Source: Escherichia phage SF
DNA: 64,000 nt
Sequence record: MH359124
Strand: one strand, 5' to 3'
Shown piece by piece: positions 18,457 to 28,666 of this stretch. A program made the position numbers and the translations under genes. The notes beneath the pieces are model-generated. The model saw nothing but the letters and a program-made list of their open reading frames with translations. It did not search any database and had not been told where the DNA came from. Numbering within the stretch: the first letter of the stretch is position 1; each line of letters begins with the position of its first letter.

Positions 18457-19476
18457 ATGAAAATTTTGCACTTAGGCGACTTCCATATCGGAGTCAAACA
18501 AGACGACCCATGGGTTCAAGATATTCAACGTGATGGTATTCGTCAAGCAATTGAATACTCTAAGAAACACGGGATTAAAACTTGGATTCAATACGGTGAC
18601 TGGTTTGACGTCCGTAAAGCAATAACACATCGTACAATGGAATTCAATCGTGAAATCGTTGATATGATTTCTAAAGCAGGCATTCACGTTCATGTCACGA
18701 TAGGAAACCATGACATGGCGTTTAAGAATACAATAACACCTAACACTGTTTCCGAATTGTTAACTCAATTTGAAAACTTTACTATTTACGAGCATCCAAC
18801 TACTGTAGATTTTGACGGATGTCTGATTGATATCGTTCCATGGATGTGTGAAGAAAATACAGGTGAAATCTTAGAGCACATCAAGACTTCTTCCGCAGCG
18901 TATTGTGTTGGGCACTGGGAACTGAATGGCTTTTATTTCTATAAAGGAATGAAGTCTCATGGGCTTGAACCTGATTTCTTAAAGACTTATAAACAAGTCT
19001 GGTCCGGCCACTTCCACACAATCTCTGAAGCTGCTAACGTCAAATATATTGGGACACCATGGACCCTTACTGCAGGTGATGAGAACGACCCGCGCGGATT
19101 CTGGGTATTTGACACTGATGTTGAACGTATGGAATTTATTCCTAATGAAACAACATGGCATCGACGAATCACTTATCCGTTTAAAGGCAAAATCAATTAT
19201 TCTGATTATACTAATATAGCCTTACGTGTTATAGTATCAGAAATTGATTCAGAGTTGACTAAGTTTGAATCTGAACTTGAAAAAGTAGTTCACTCTCTTC
19301 GTATGGTTTCTAAAGTTGATAACAGTGTTGAATCTGATGACGACCAGGAAATCGAGATTAAATCACTTCAAGATATCATTAAAGAATATATTGACGCGAT
19401 TCCAGATATCTCAGACGAAGACAGAGAAGTGCTGGTCAAATATTCCAACGAACTTTATATTGAGGCAACACAATGA
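18457..19476 (+). CDS. 47: Recombination endonuclease subunit gp47 (Mre11-like)
   Basis: 339 aa, phosphoesterase motifs GDFH...GDWFD...GNHD. Confidence 0.92.
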   Translation: MKILHLGDFHIGVKQDDPWVQDIQRDGIRQAIEYSKKHGIKTWIQYGDWFDVRKAITHRTMEFNREIVDMISKAGIHVHVTIGNHDMAFKNTITPNTVSELLTQFENFTIYEHPTTVDFDGCLIDIVPWMCEENTGEILEHIKTSSAAYCVGHWELNGFYFYKGMKSHGLEPDFLKTYKQVWSGHFHTISEAANVKYIGTPWTLTAGDENDPRGFWVFDTDVERMEFIPNETTWHRRITYPFKGKINYSDYTNIALRVIVSEIDSELTKFESELEKVVHSLRMVSKVDNSVESDDDQEIEIKSLQDIIKEYIDAIPDISDEDREVLVKYSNELYIEATQ

Positions 19477-19730
19477 CTTTAGATGAATTTAACAATGCTG
19501 GGCTTGGGCTTGAAGTTGAAATGGACGTTAAAGATGATGATGGATTCGAGAACACTATCAAGTATTGGATTGAGCCATTACGCGTTGAAGGCAATGAAGT
19601 TAAAGCAGTTCATGTCTGCACCGACTGGGCTATTGAATTTAGCTTTAATATAATGGACAACGATACTCCTGGCTCTATTCTTAAAATGGCTGAAGCGTGT
19701 ATTGAGGATGCGTATAATGACGAAGACTGA
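19473..19730 (+). CDS. Hypothetical protein
   Basis: ORF. Confidence 0.45.
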   Translation: MTLDEFNNAGLGLEVEMDVKDDDGFENTIKYWIEPLRVEGNEVKAVHVCTDWAIEFSFNIMDNDTPGSILKMAEACIEDAYNDED

Positions 19731-19956
19731 TTATGAAATCCATCGTCATGAATTTAGTATTGGTGACGGTTATATTGGTATTGTTGAATGGACTGAGAAT
19801 TACGAGGAATCAACTCCTCGTTTCTTTGGAACAATGTATGTTACCTGTGAGTACGCGCCGGGTGTTGTTATGTATGCAGAACTAGATGAATATTTTGCTG
19901 ATAGAGATGACATGTTAAAATATGTAGAGGACTTCATTCGAAGAGAATACATATGA
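19717..19956 (+). CDS. Hypothetical protein
   Basis: ORF. Confidence 0.45.
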   Translation: MTKTDYEIHRHEFSIGDGYIGIVEWTENYEESTPRFFGTMYVTCEYAPGVVMYAELDEYFADRDDMLKYVEDFIRREYI

Positions 19957-21641
19957 AATCATTTAAATTAAATCGTGTTCGTTATCAAAACATCATGTCG
20001 GTAGGTGGGAATCCTATTGACATCCAATTAGATAAAGTCCAAAAGACATTAATCACTGGTAAAAATGGTGGTGGTAAATCTACGATGTTAGAAGCCATTA
20101 CTTTCGGACTTTTCGGTAAACCATTTCGTGATGTTAAGAAAGGACAAATCATTAATAGCACGAACAAGAAAGAGCTCTTAGTTGAGCTTTGGATGGAATT
20201 CGATGGTAAAAAATACTTCATTAAACGCGGCCAAAAGCCCAATATTTTCGAAATCTCCGTTGACGGTGTTCGTCTTGATGAATCTGCCAGCAGTCGTGAC
20301 TTCCAAGAAGAATTTGAACGTAGCATCGGAATGTCATACGCGTCTTTTAAACAAATCGTTGTGCTTGGGACGGCAGGGTATACCCCTTTCATGGCTCTTA
20401 GCACCCCTGCTCGTAGAAAACTTGTCGAAGACCTTTTAGAAGTCGGCACACTCGCTGAAATGGATAAAATCAATAAGTCTCTAGTTCGAGAACTTAATTC
20501 CCAGGGGCAAGTTCTCGATGCCAAGAAAGATGGTGTTATCCAACAAATTAAGATTTATAACGAGAATATCGAACGTCAAAAGAAATTATCTGGCGATAAT
20601 GTAGCGCGTCTACAGAATATGTATGACGACCTAGCCAAAGAAGCTCGTTCATTAAAAGCAGAAATTGAAGAAGCTAACGAGCGTCTACTTAATATCGTTC
20701 TTGATGAAGACCCTACTGAGGCATTCAACAAGATCGGACAAGAAGCATTCTTGATTAAATCTAAAATCGACTCATATAACAAAGTTATTAAGATGTATCA
20801 TGACGGTGGTACATGTCCTACTTGTGCATCACAGTTGCACCAGGGTGATCCTATTGTCTCTAAGATTACCAATAAGCTTCAAGAATGTAATCACTCATTC
20901 GAGCAACTTACATGTCACAGAGATAATCTGAGTGTCCTAGTGGACGAATATAGAGCTAATGTTAAGACTAAACAGGACCTTGCATCTGATATTCGTACCA
21001 AGAAACAAGCAATGATTGCCACTATTGATAAAGCTAAGAAAGTTAAAGCTGCAATAGAACAAGCCTCAGCTGAATTTATCGACCATGCTGATGAGATAGC
21101 TTTGCTTCAAAAAGAACTTGATAAAATCATTAAAACAAAATCGGATATCGTTCTTGAAAAATACCATCGTGGTATTATCACAGATATGTTAAAAGATTCT
21201 GGTATTAAAGGTGCTATCATTAAAAAATATGTGCCTCTGTTCAACAAGCAGATTAACCATTATCTTAAAATCATGGAAGCTGATTATGTGTTTTCTATTG
21301 ACGAAGAATTCAATGAATCTATAAAATCACGTGGTCGTGAAGATTTTAGTTATGCTTCATTTAGTCAAGGTGAAAAGGCCCGTATCGATATCGCGTTGTT
21401 GTTTACATGGCGAGATATTGCTGAAAAGGTCTCTGGTGTTAAAATCAACACTCTGATTCTTGATGAGGTTTTTGATGGTGCTGTCGATTCTGAGGCTGTT
21501 AAGGCTATAGATACCATTCTTGGAAGTTTACAAAATACTAATGTGTTCATTATCTCTCATCGAGACCATGACCCTCAACGTTATGGACAACATCTTCAGA
21601 TGAGCAAAGTTGGACGATTTACTGTAATGACCGTTTCATAA
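19953..21641 (+). CDS. 46: Recombination endonuclease subunit gp46 (Rad50/SbcC-like)
   Basis: 562 aa, Walker A GKNGGGKST, coiled-coil middle with CPTC zinc hook, C-terminal signature and D-loop LILDEVFDG. Confidence 0.92.
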   Translation: MKSFKLNRVRYQNIMSVGGNPIDIQLDKVQKTLITGKNGGGKSTMLEAITFGLFGKPFRDVKKGQIINSTNKKELLVELWMEFDGKKYFIKRGQKPNIFEISVDGVRLDESASSRDFQEEFERSIGMSYASFKQIVVLGTAGYTPFMALSTPARRKLVEDLLEVGTLAEMDKINKSLVRELNSQGQVLDAKKDGVIQQIKIYNENIERQKKLSGDNVARLQNMYDDLAKEARSLKAEIEEANERLLNIVLDEDPTEAFNKIGQEAFLIKSKIDSYNKVIKMYHDGGTCPTCASQLHQGDPIVSKITNKLQECNHSFEQLTCHRDNLSVLVDEYRANVKTKQDLASDIRTKKQAMIATIDKAKKVKAAIEQASAEFIDHADEIALLQKELDKIIKTKSDIVLEKYHRGIITDMLKDSGIKGAIIKKYVPLFNKQINHYLKIMEADYVFSIDEEFNESIKSRGREDFSYASFSQGEKARIDIALLFTWRDIAEKVSGVKINTLILDEVFDGAVDSEAVKAIDTILGSLQNTNVFIISHRDHDPQRYGQHLQMSKVGRFTVMTVS

Positions 21642-21695
21642 ACGCTTTAACACGATGTGGTTATAATGACCACATCAAATTAAATGGAGAACAAC

Positions 21696-21884
21696 ATGGA
21701 GTATTCAACCGGTCAACATCTTCTCGTTGTCCCTGAAATTAAAAAATATGTTTTGACCAATACGTTTTCAGGTGAAGAACATATTGTTACTGAACAAATG
21801 CTCAAATCTGCTTTTAAAGATGAGTATAATAAAATAATGTCTAATCGCAATTCCGCATGGACAGTTACCGACTTCTACGAATAA
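21696..21884 (+). CDS. Hypothetical protein
   Basis: ORF with GGAGAA SD. Confidence 0.45.
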   Translation: MEYSTGQHLLVVPEIKKYVLTNTFSGEEHIVTEQMLKSAFKDEYNKIMSNRNSAWTVTDFYE

Positions 21885-21896
21885 GAGAGAAATAAT

Positions 21897-22313
21897 ATGT
21901 TTACTACTGCTAAAGGTTTCACTGCTGCTGATCTGAAAGTTACTTCTATCCGTACTGACGCTAACCCACATAACCATAATCGTGTTCGTAAAGCATGGGT
22001 CCTGCATTGTGATGACGCAAGTGCTAAAAAACTCCAATCTTTGCCGCAAGAAACTCGTTTTATGATTTATGGTTTTATTGATAACGATGTATCTGATATG
22101 TGGATTCATCTGATGCGTAAGCACTATAAAGATTCTATTGAAGCCGGCGGAAAAATCGTTCTTGATAAAGATGGTTCTGAGCGTCTGGAAGATTTCTACT
22201 GTGTTGATGCCGACGAACAACTAATTGCAGCTGGCGAAATTGTTGCTTCTAAAATTCCAGAATATATTGAATCACTGCCTGAAGCTATTAAAAAGCAGAT
22301 GGTTTCTGCTTAA
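21897..22313 (+). CDS. rpbA: RNA polymerase-binding protein RpbA (by position and size)
   Basis: Synteny between 46 and 45. Confidence 0.55.
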   Translation: MFTTAKGFTAADLKVTSIRTDANPHNHNRVRKAWVLHCDDASAKKLQSLPQETRFMIYGFIDNDVSDMWIHLMRKHYKDSIEAGGKIVLDKDGSERLEDFYCVDADEQLIAAGEIVASKIPEYIESLPEAIKKQMVSA

Positions 22314-22355
22314 TAAATTTGTTATAAACTTTGAATTGTCTTGAAAGGAAATAAA

Positions 22356-23042
22356 ATGAAACTGTCTAAAGATACTATCGCTATTCTGAAAAACTTTGCC
22401 TCTATTAACTCCGGCATTCTGCTGAGTCAAGGTAAATTTATTATGACTCGTGCAGTTAATGGCACCACTTATGCGGAAGCAAATATCTCTGATGAAATTG
22501 ATTTTGACGTAGCACTTTACGATTTGAATAGCTTCTTAAGCATTTTGAGTCTAGTGTCTGATGATGCTGAAATTTCAATGCACACTGATGGCAATATTAA
22601 AATTGCAGACACACGTTCCACAGTTTATTGGCCTGCCGCTGACAAGAGCACCATTGTTTTTCCTAATAAGCCAATTCAATTCCCAGTGGCTTCTGTGATT
22701 ACTGAAATTAAAGCTGAAGACCTTCAACAATTGCTTCGAGTTTCACGTGGTCTTCAGATTGATACAATTGCTATTACAAATAAAGATGGTAAAATTGTTA
22801 TTAATGGCTATAATAAAGTTGAAGATTCTGGACTAACTCGTCCTAAGTATTCTTTGACTCTTACCGATTATGATGGTTCTAACAATTTTAACTTCGTAAT
22901 CAATATGGCTAATATGAAAATCCAGCCAGGTAACTATAAAGTAATGTTGTGGGGAGCTGGTGATAAAGTTGCAGCCAAGTTTGAAAGCCCTCAAGTAAGT
23001 TATGTTATTGCGATGGAAGCCGATTCTACTCACGACTTCTAA
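22356..23042 (+). CDS. 45: Sliding clamp gp45
   Basis: MKLSKDT...ALEADSTHDF matches T4 gp45; ATG at 22356 preferred over TTG at 22341. Confidence 0.93.
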   Translation: MKLSKDTIAILKNFASINSGILLSQGKFIMTRAVNGTTYAEANISDEIDFDVALYDLNSFLSILSLVSDDAEISMHTDGNIKIADTRSTVYWPAADKSTIVFPNKPIQFPVASVITEIKAEDLQQLLRVSRGLQIDTIAITNKDGKIVINGYNKVEDSGLTRPKYSLTLTDYDGSNNFNFVINMANMKIQPGNYKVMLWGAGDKVAAKFESPQVSYVIAMEADSTHDF

Positions 23043-23117
23043 GTCAAAGCTTTACGTTTAATGTAGTACTATTATGGAGGAGAAATCCTCCAGTTTAATG
23101 ATAATGAGGAAAATTAC

Positions 23118-24080
23118 ATGATTACTATCAATTCCAAAGAACACATTCTAGAACAGAAATATCGTCCTTCTTCCATTGACGAATGTATTCTGCCTGCATA
23201 TGACCATGAAACATTCAAGTCTTTAGTATCTAAAGGAAAACTTCCTCATATTATTTTACACTCTCCATCTCCTGGTACCGGTAAAACAACCGTGGCAAAA
23301 GCATTATGTAACGATATCAACGCTGAAATGATGTTCGTCAACGGTTCTGATTGTAAAATTGATTTTGTACGCGGTCCGTTAACTGCATTTGCTCGTTCAG
23401 TCTCAATGGAAGGCAAGCCGAAAGTTATTGTTATCGATGAATTTGACCGTAGTGGCCTCGCCGAATCACAACGGCACCTTCGTACATTCATGGAAGAATT
23501 CTCTAGTAACTGTTCTATTATTATTACTGCTAACAACATCGATGGAATTATTGAACCATTACGTAGTCGTTGTCGAGTTATCGAATTCGGACGTCCAACT
23601 GAAGAAGATAAAATCTCGATGATGAAGAAAATGATTCATCGTATGGTTGAAATCTGTAAGAACGAAAATATCGAAATCGCCGATATGAAAGTTGTTGCAG
23701 CTCTGGTTAAAAAGAACTTCCCGGACTTTCGTCGTACAATTGGTCAATTAGACCAGTACTCGTCTAAAGGTGTTCTTGATGCAGGTATTTTGTCTATCGT
23801 AACTAATGACCGTGGCACAGTCTCTGATGTTATTGAAGCAATGAAGAACAAAGATATCAAACAGCTTCGTGCATTAGCTCCAAAATATGCCGCAGATTAT
23901 TCATGGTTCATCGATAAATTAGTTTCAGAATGTTATGACCAAGTTACACCTGGTAAAAGTATTATTTCGCTTTATGAAATTGCAGGCGAAAACAATAAGT
24001 TTCATGGATTAGCAAGTAATATTGAATTACATGTTATGTATATGCTTCTTCAACTGACCTGCGAACTGACTTGGAAATAA
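23118..24080 (+). CDS. 44: Clamp loader large subunit gp44 (AAA+)
   Basis: Walker [18 protein letters not shown] motif. Confidence 0.93.
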   Translation: MITINSKEHILEQKYRPSSIDECILPAYDHETFKSLVSKGKLPHIILHSPSPGTGKTTVAKALCNDINAEMMFVNGSDCKIDFVRGPLTAFARSVSMEGKPKVIVIDEFDRSGLAESQRHLRTFMEEFSSNCSIIITANNIDGIIEPLRSRCRVIEFGRPTEEDKISMMKKMIHRMVEICKNENIEIADMKVVAALVKKNFPDFRRTIGQLDQYSSKGVLDAGILSIVTNDRGTVSDVIEAMKNKDIKQLRALAPKYAADYSWFIDKLVSECYDQVTPGKSIISLYEIAGENNKFHGLASNIELHVMYMLLQLTCELTWK

Positions 24081-24081
24081 T

Positions 24082-24645
24082 ATGAACTTATTCGATGATG
24101 ACGTCCGGCTTAACGAGCACCAAATTGCATGGAAGTCTAATGACGCTGATGCGATTCAAAAATGTGCTGATATGTTTAAAGAAAAACCCGAGAATGAATT
24201 CTTTAAAATCATTAATGCTATTAATGAAAAGAAATCTATGTCAATTGCTCAGGTCGACTACTCAAAATTTATGGTTGAGAACTCATTATCCCAGTTCCCA
24301 GAATGTATGCCAGCTGTTTACATGATGAACTTAGTCGGTTCTGAATTAAGTGATGAAGCGCATTTCAACTATATGATGGCGGCAATTCCGCGTGGTCGTC
24401 GATTCTCTAAATGGGCTAAACTAGTCGAAGACACTTCAGAGTTACTAGTTATCAAACTGTTGATGAAACATTACACAATCAACATGAATGATGCTACTGA
24501 GTATAAGCGGCTCCTTGAAAAAAATAACAAGTTGCCAATAGTCCTTAAAGAACTGAAGGCCATGGTCACTGATGAATTTCTCAAAGAAGTTACAAAAAAT
24601 GTGAAAGAACAAAAACAATTTAAAAAATTAGCATTGGAATGGTAA
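24082..24645 (+). CDS. 62: Clamp loader small subunit gp62
   Basis: 187 aa, synteny after 44. Confidence 0.85.
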   Translation: MNLFDDDVRLNEHQIAWKSNDADAIQKCADMFKEKPENEFFKIINAINEKKSMSIAQVDYSKFMVENSLSQFPECMPAVYMMNLVGSELSDEAHFNYMMAAIPRGRRFSKWAKLVEDTSELLVIKLLMKHYTINMNDATEYKRLLEKNNKLPIVLKELKAMVTDEFLKEVTKNVKEQKQFKKLALEW

Positions 24646-24647
24646 AA

Positions 24648-25016
24648 ATGATTGAAATTAAATTGAAGAACCCTGAAGATTTTCTGAAAGTCAAAGAGAC
24701 TCTGACCCGTATGGGCATCGCTAATAACAAGGATAAAGTCCTTTACCAATCTTGTCATATCCTCCAAAAGCAAGGTAAGTACTATATCGTCCACTTTAAA
24801 GAAATGTTGCGTATGGATGGACGTCAGGTTGATATTGACGGTGAAGATTATCAGAGACGTGATTCGATTGCTCAGTTGCTTGAGGACTGGGGATTGATTG
24901 TTATTGAAGACTCTGCTCGTGAAGATCTATTTAGCCTGACTAATAACTTCCGAGTTATCTCTTTTAAACAGAAAGATGACTGGACTTTGAAAGCAAAATA
25001 TACAATTGGTAATTAA
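24648..25016 (+). CDS. regA: Translational repressor RegA
   Basis: MIEIKLKNPEDFLKVKETLTRMGIANNKD... matches T4 RegA. Confidence 0.9.
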   Translation: MIEIKLKNPEDFLKVKETLTRMGIANNKDKVLYQSCHILQKQGKYYIVHFKEMLRMDGRQVDIDGEDYQRRDSIAQLLEDWGLIVIEDSAREDLFSLTNNFRVISFKQKDDWTLKAKYTIGN

Positions 25017-25020
25017 AGCA

Positions 25021-25041
25021 ATGGGACTTCGGTCCCATTTG
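25021..25041 (+). terminator. UUCG-tetraloop hairpin (GGGAC-TTCG-GTCCC) after regA
   Basis: Seen in sequence; short T tract only. Confidence 0.4.
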
Positions 25042-25068
25042 GAGTATAATAAGTTCATCAACAAACAA

Positions 25069-25097
25069 AAGACAATAACTCGTCTAAAGGAAATTAA
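25069..25097 (+). promoter_or_regulatory. Candidate gp43 translational operator: 4-bp stem AGAC/GTCT with 8-nt loop AATAACTC immediately 5' of the SD
   Basis: Hairpin plus SD architecture; T4 gp43 is known to autoregulate via a hairpin operator. Confidence 0.45.
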
Positions 25098-27809
25098 ATG
25101 AAAGAATTTTACTTAACGGTTGAACAGATTGGTGATTCAATTTTCGAACGTTATATCGATTCTAACGGACGTGAACGTGTTCGTGAAGTAGAGTATAAGC
25201 CCTCGTTGTTTGCACATTGTCCAGAAAGTCAGGCCACGAAATATTTTGATATCTATGGTAAACCTTGTACTCGTAAACTGTTCGCTAACATGCGTGACGC
25301 GTCTCAATGGATTAAACGCATGGAAGATATCGGACTTGAAGCACTTGGCATGGACGATTTCAAATTGGCGTATTTGTCTGACACTTATAACTATGAAATC
25401 AAATATGACCATACAAAAATTCGTGTGGCTAACTTCGACATCGAAGTAACATCTCCGGACGGGTTCCCTGAGCCGTCACAAGCAAAACATCCGATTGATG
25501 CTATTACCCATTATGACTCAATTGACGACAGGTTCTACGTATTTGATCTATTGAATTCTCCATATGGTAATGTAGAAGAATGGTCTATCGAAATTGCGGC
25601 TAAGCTTCAAGAACAAGGTGGTGATGAAGTTCCGTCTGAAATTATCGATAAAATCATTTATATGCCGTTCGATAACGAAAAAGAATTGTTGATGGAATAT
25701 CTCAACTTCTGGCAACAGAAAACTCCTGTCATTTTGACTGGATGGAACGTTGAGTCATTTGATATTCCATATGTGTATAACCGAATCAAGAATATTTTTG
25801 GCGAATCTACCGCGAAACGTTTATCACCACATCGTAAAACTCGTGTTAAAGTTATCGAAAACATGTATGGTTCTCGTGAAATCATTACATTGTTCGGTAT
25901 CTCTGTTCTTGATTACATTGACCTTTACAAAAAATTCTCTTTTACCAATCAACCGTCATATTCTCTGGATTACATTTCAGAATTTGAATTGAACGTTGGT
26001 AAACTGAAATATGACGGCCCTATTTCTAAGCTTCGTGAAAGCAATCACCAACGATATATTTCTTATAACATTATCGACGTGTATCGTGTATTGCAAATTG
26101 ATGCTAAGCGTCAGTTCATCAACTTGAGTTTGGACATGGGTTATTATGCTAAGATACAGATTCAATCTGTGTTTAGTCCAATTAAAACATGGGATGCTAT
26201 TATTTTTAATAGCCTTAAAGAGCAGAACAAGGTGATTCCACAAGGTCGTTCTCACCCGGTTCAACCTTATCCTGGCGCTTTTGTTAAGGAACCTATTCCA
26301 AATCGATACAAATATGTAATGAGTTTCGACCTTACATCTCTGTATCCAAGTATTATTCGCCAAGTGAATATTAGCCCGGAAACAATAGCAGGAACGTTTA
26401 AAGTAGCTCCACTGCATGATTATATTAATGCAATCGCTGAACGTCCTTCTGATGTGTACAGTTGCTCTCCTAACGGCATGATGTATTATAAAGACCGTGA
26501 TGGTGTAGTTCCAACTGAAATCACTAAGGTCTTTAATCAACGTAAAGAACATAAAGGTTACATGCTTGCAGCTCAACGTAATGGTGAAATAATTAAAGAG
26601 GCATTGCATAATCCTAATCTTTCTGTTGACGAACCATTAGATGTTGATTATCGTTTCGACTTCAGCGATGAGATTAAAGAAAAGATTAAAAAGTTGTCTG
26701 CTAAATCTCTTAATGAAATGTTGTTTAGAGCTCAACGTACTGAAGTTGCAGGTATGACTGCACAGATTAACCGTAAATTGCTCATCAACTCGCTTTATGG
26801 TGCACTTGGAAACGTTTGGTTCCGTTATTACGATTTGCGTAATGCTACTGCAATCACAACATTTGGTCAAATGGCTTTACAGTGGATTGAACGTAAAGTT
26901 AATGAATATCTGAATGAAGTTTGTGGTACAGAAGGCGAAGCTTTCGTTCTATATGGTGATACAGACTCCATTTACGTATCTGCAGATAAAATTATTGATA
27001 AGGTTGGTGAATCTAAATTCCGTGATACCAACCATTGGGTAGACTTCTTAGATAAGTTTGCACGTGAACGTATGGAACCTGCTATTGATAGAGGTTTCCG
27101 TGAAATGTGCGAATACATGAATAATAAGCAACATTTGATGTTCATGGACCGAGAAGCTATCGCTGGGCCTCCACTCGGTTCTAAAGGTATTGGTGGATTC
27201 TGGACTGGTAAGAAACGTTATGCCTTAAACGTGTGGGATATGGAAGGTACTCGTTACGCTGAGCCTAAACTCAAAATCATGGGTCTAGAGACTCAGAAAT
27301 CTTCGACTCCTAAAGCAGTACAGAAAGCTCTTAAAGAATGTATTCGTCGTATGCTTCAAGAAGGTGAAGAATCATTACAAGAATATTTTAAAGAGTTTGA
27401 AAAAGAATTCCGTCGATTGAATTATATTAGCATCGCGTCGGTATCTTCTGCGAATAACATTGCTAAATATGATGTAGGTGGATTCCCTGGTCCCAAATGC
27501 CCGTTCCATATTCGTGGAATTCTGACGTATAACCGGGCTATCAAAGGTAATATCGATGCACCGCAAGTTGTAGAAGGTGAAAAAGTATATGTTCTGCCTT
27601 TACGTGAAGGAAACCCATTCGGTGATAAATGTATCGCATGGCCTTCTGGTACTGAAATCACAGATTTAATTAAAGACGACGTACTTCATTGGATGGACTA
27701 CACTGTTCTCCTTGAGAAGACATTTATTAAACCACTTGAAGGATTCACATCAGCAGCGAAACTCGATTATGAGAAGAAAGCATCTCTGTTCGATATGTTC
27801 GATTTTTGA
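25098..27809 (+). CDS. 43: DNA polymerase gp43 (family B)
   Basis: 903 aa; exo motif FDIEV, YGDTDS polymerase motif. Confidence 0.96.
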   Translation: MKEFYLTVEQIGDSIFERYIDSNGRERVREVEYKPSLFAHCPESQATKYFDIYGKPCTRKLFANMRDASQWIKRMEDIGLEALGMDDFKLAYLSDTYNYEIKYDHTKIRVANFDIEVTSPDGFPEPSQAKHPIDAITHYDSIDDRFYVFDLLNSPYGNVEEWSIEIAAKLQEQGGDEVPSEIIDKIIYMPFDNEKELLMEYLNFWQQKTPVILTGWNVESFDIPYVYNRIKNIFGESTAKRLSPHRKTRVKVIENMYGSREIITLFGISVLDYIDLYKKFSFTNQPSYSLDYISEFELNVGKLKYDGPISKLRESNHQRYISYNIIDVYRVLQIDAKRQFINLSLDMGYYAKIQIQSVFSPIKTWDAIIFNSLKEQNKVIPQGRSHPVQPYPGAFVKEPIPNRYKYVMSFDLTSLYPSIIRQVNISPETIAGTFKVAPLHDYINAIAERPSDVYSCSPNGMMYYKDRDGVVPTEITKVFNQRKEHKGYMLAAQRNGEIIKEALHNPNLSVDEPLDVDYRFDFSDEIKEKIKKLSAKSLNEMLFRAQRTEVAGMTAQINRKLLINSLYGALGNVWFRYYDLRNATAITTFGQMALQWIERKVNEYLNEVCGTEGEAFVLYGDTDSIYVSADKIIDKVGESKFRDTNHWVDFLDKFARERMEPAIDRGFREMCEYMNNKQHLMFMDREAIAGPPLGSKGIGGFWTGKKRYALNVWDMEGTRYAEPKLKIMGLETQKSSTPKAVQKALKECIRRMLQEGEESLQEYFKEFEKEFRRLNYISIASVSSANNIAKYDVGGFPGPKCPFHIRGILTYNRAIKGNIDAPQVVEGEKVYVLPLREGNPFGDKCIAWPSGTEITDLIKDDVLHWMDYTVLLEKTFIKPLEGFTSAAKLDYEKKASLFDMFDF

Positions 27810-27849
27810 TATAATGACATGGACGGTAAACTAATTAAATGAGAGAAAT

Positions 27850-28485
27850 ATGAAAACTACTCCTATTACTATCGCTATTGACGCAATCATAAAACAAGCT
27901 TCTTCTTTGGCCGCTATGGCCAAAGTAATTAGTCAAAACCCTGCTCGTTATAATGCTATTTTAGAAACTCTTCGACGCCCGGGACTTAGTAATTATGAAA
28001 GCCGAGTAATTATTACAGGTGTTGGTAAGAACGCTAATATCGCAACTAAAGCTTCTGAGACTTTTGCTTCACTCGGTATACCGAGTATGTACTTGAACAC
28101 TGGGCATTATTCTCACGGTGATGCAGGATTCATTGCGCCTAATGATGTGTTGATTCATATTAGTCGTTCTGGTAAAACTGAAGAAATGATAGGTGTGGCT
28201 AAGCATCTTAAAATGATTCGTCCGAACGTCAAACAGATTCTGTTGCATTGTAACCCAGACATTCCGCAAGAAAATGAAGCCCTTTTTGATTACTCTTTCT
28301 GTACAGGCATCGCTGTAGAAGTTGACGAGAACTCTTTAGCTCCGACTATGTCCACTACATTGTTGTTAGCGCTTATCGATACGTTTGCTATCAACCTTTC
28401 GTCTGAACGTGGATTTACCTCTAATGACTTCCTTAAGTTCCACCCTGGTGGTGCACTAGGTGCCATGTTACGAGGCGAACAATGA
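27850..28485 (+). CDS. SIS-domain sugar-phosphate isomerase, arabinose-5-phosphate isomerase (KdsD/GutQ) type, no CBS domains
   Basis: ITGVGKN, HGDAG, ISRSGKTEE, APTMSTT, FHPGGALG match the KdsD-type SIS signature. Confidence 0.8.
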   Translation: MKTTPITIAIDAIIKQASSLAAMAKVISQNPARYNAILETLRRPGLSNYESRVIITGVGKNANIATKASETFASLGIPSMYLNTGHYSHGDAGFIAPNDVLIHISRSGKTEEMIGVAKHLKMIRPNVKQILLHCNPDIPQENEALFDYSFCTGIAVEVDENSLAPTMSTTLLLALIDTFAINLSSERGFTSNDFLKFHPGGALGAMLRGEQ

Positions 28486-28625
28486 AAGCAATAACAATAG
28501 GACTTTTACTATTGATGCTTGTCATGACTATCTACTGGAGCTTAACGGCTCCAGTAATGGTCCCGACTCTTATAATCGGATGGATTATGATTGGACTACA
28601 AGCAAAGTATGAATGCTTTAACTAG
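28482..28625 (+). CDS. Hypothetical small membrane peptide (47 aa)
   Basis: Hand-translated MKAITIGLLLLMLVMTIYW...; ATG overlaps upstream stop (ATGA). Confidence 0.35.
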   Translation: MKAITIGLLLLMLVMTIYWSLTAPVMVPTLIIGWIMIGLQAKYECFN

Positions 28626-28666
28626 AATAGTGTACAATACTCCTACTTACCAATGAGGACCACAAC

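Noticed and set aside
19985-20524. 179-aa ORF on the minus strand
   Set aside because: Antisense to gene 46 with no translation signals; shadow ORF.
21768-22220. 150-aa ORF on the minus strand
   Set aside because: Antisense to the rpbA-position gene and its neighbour; no translation signals.
25977-26609. 210-aa ORF on the minus strand
   Set aside because: Lies entirely antisense within the DNA polymerase gene; no SD or promoter seen; typical shadow ORF of an AT-rich coding region.
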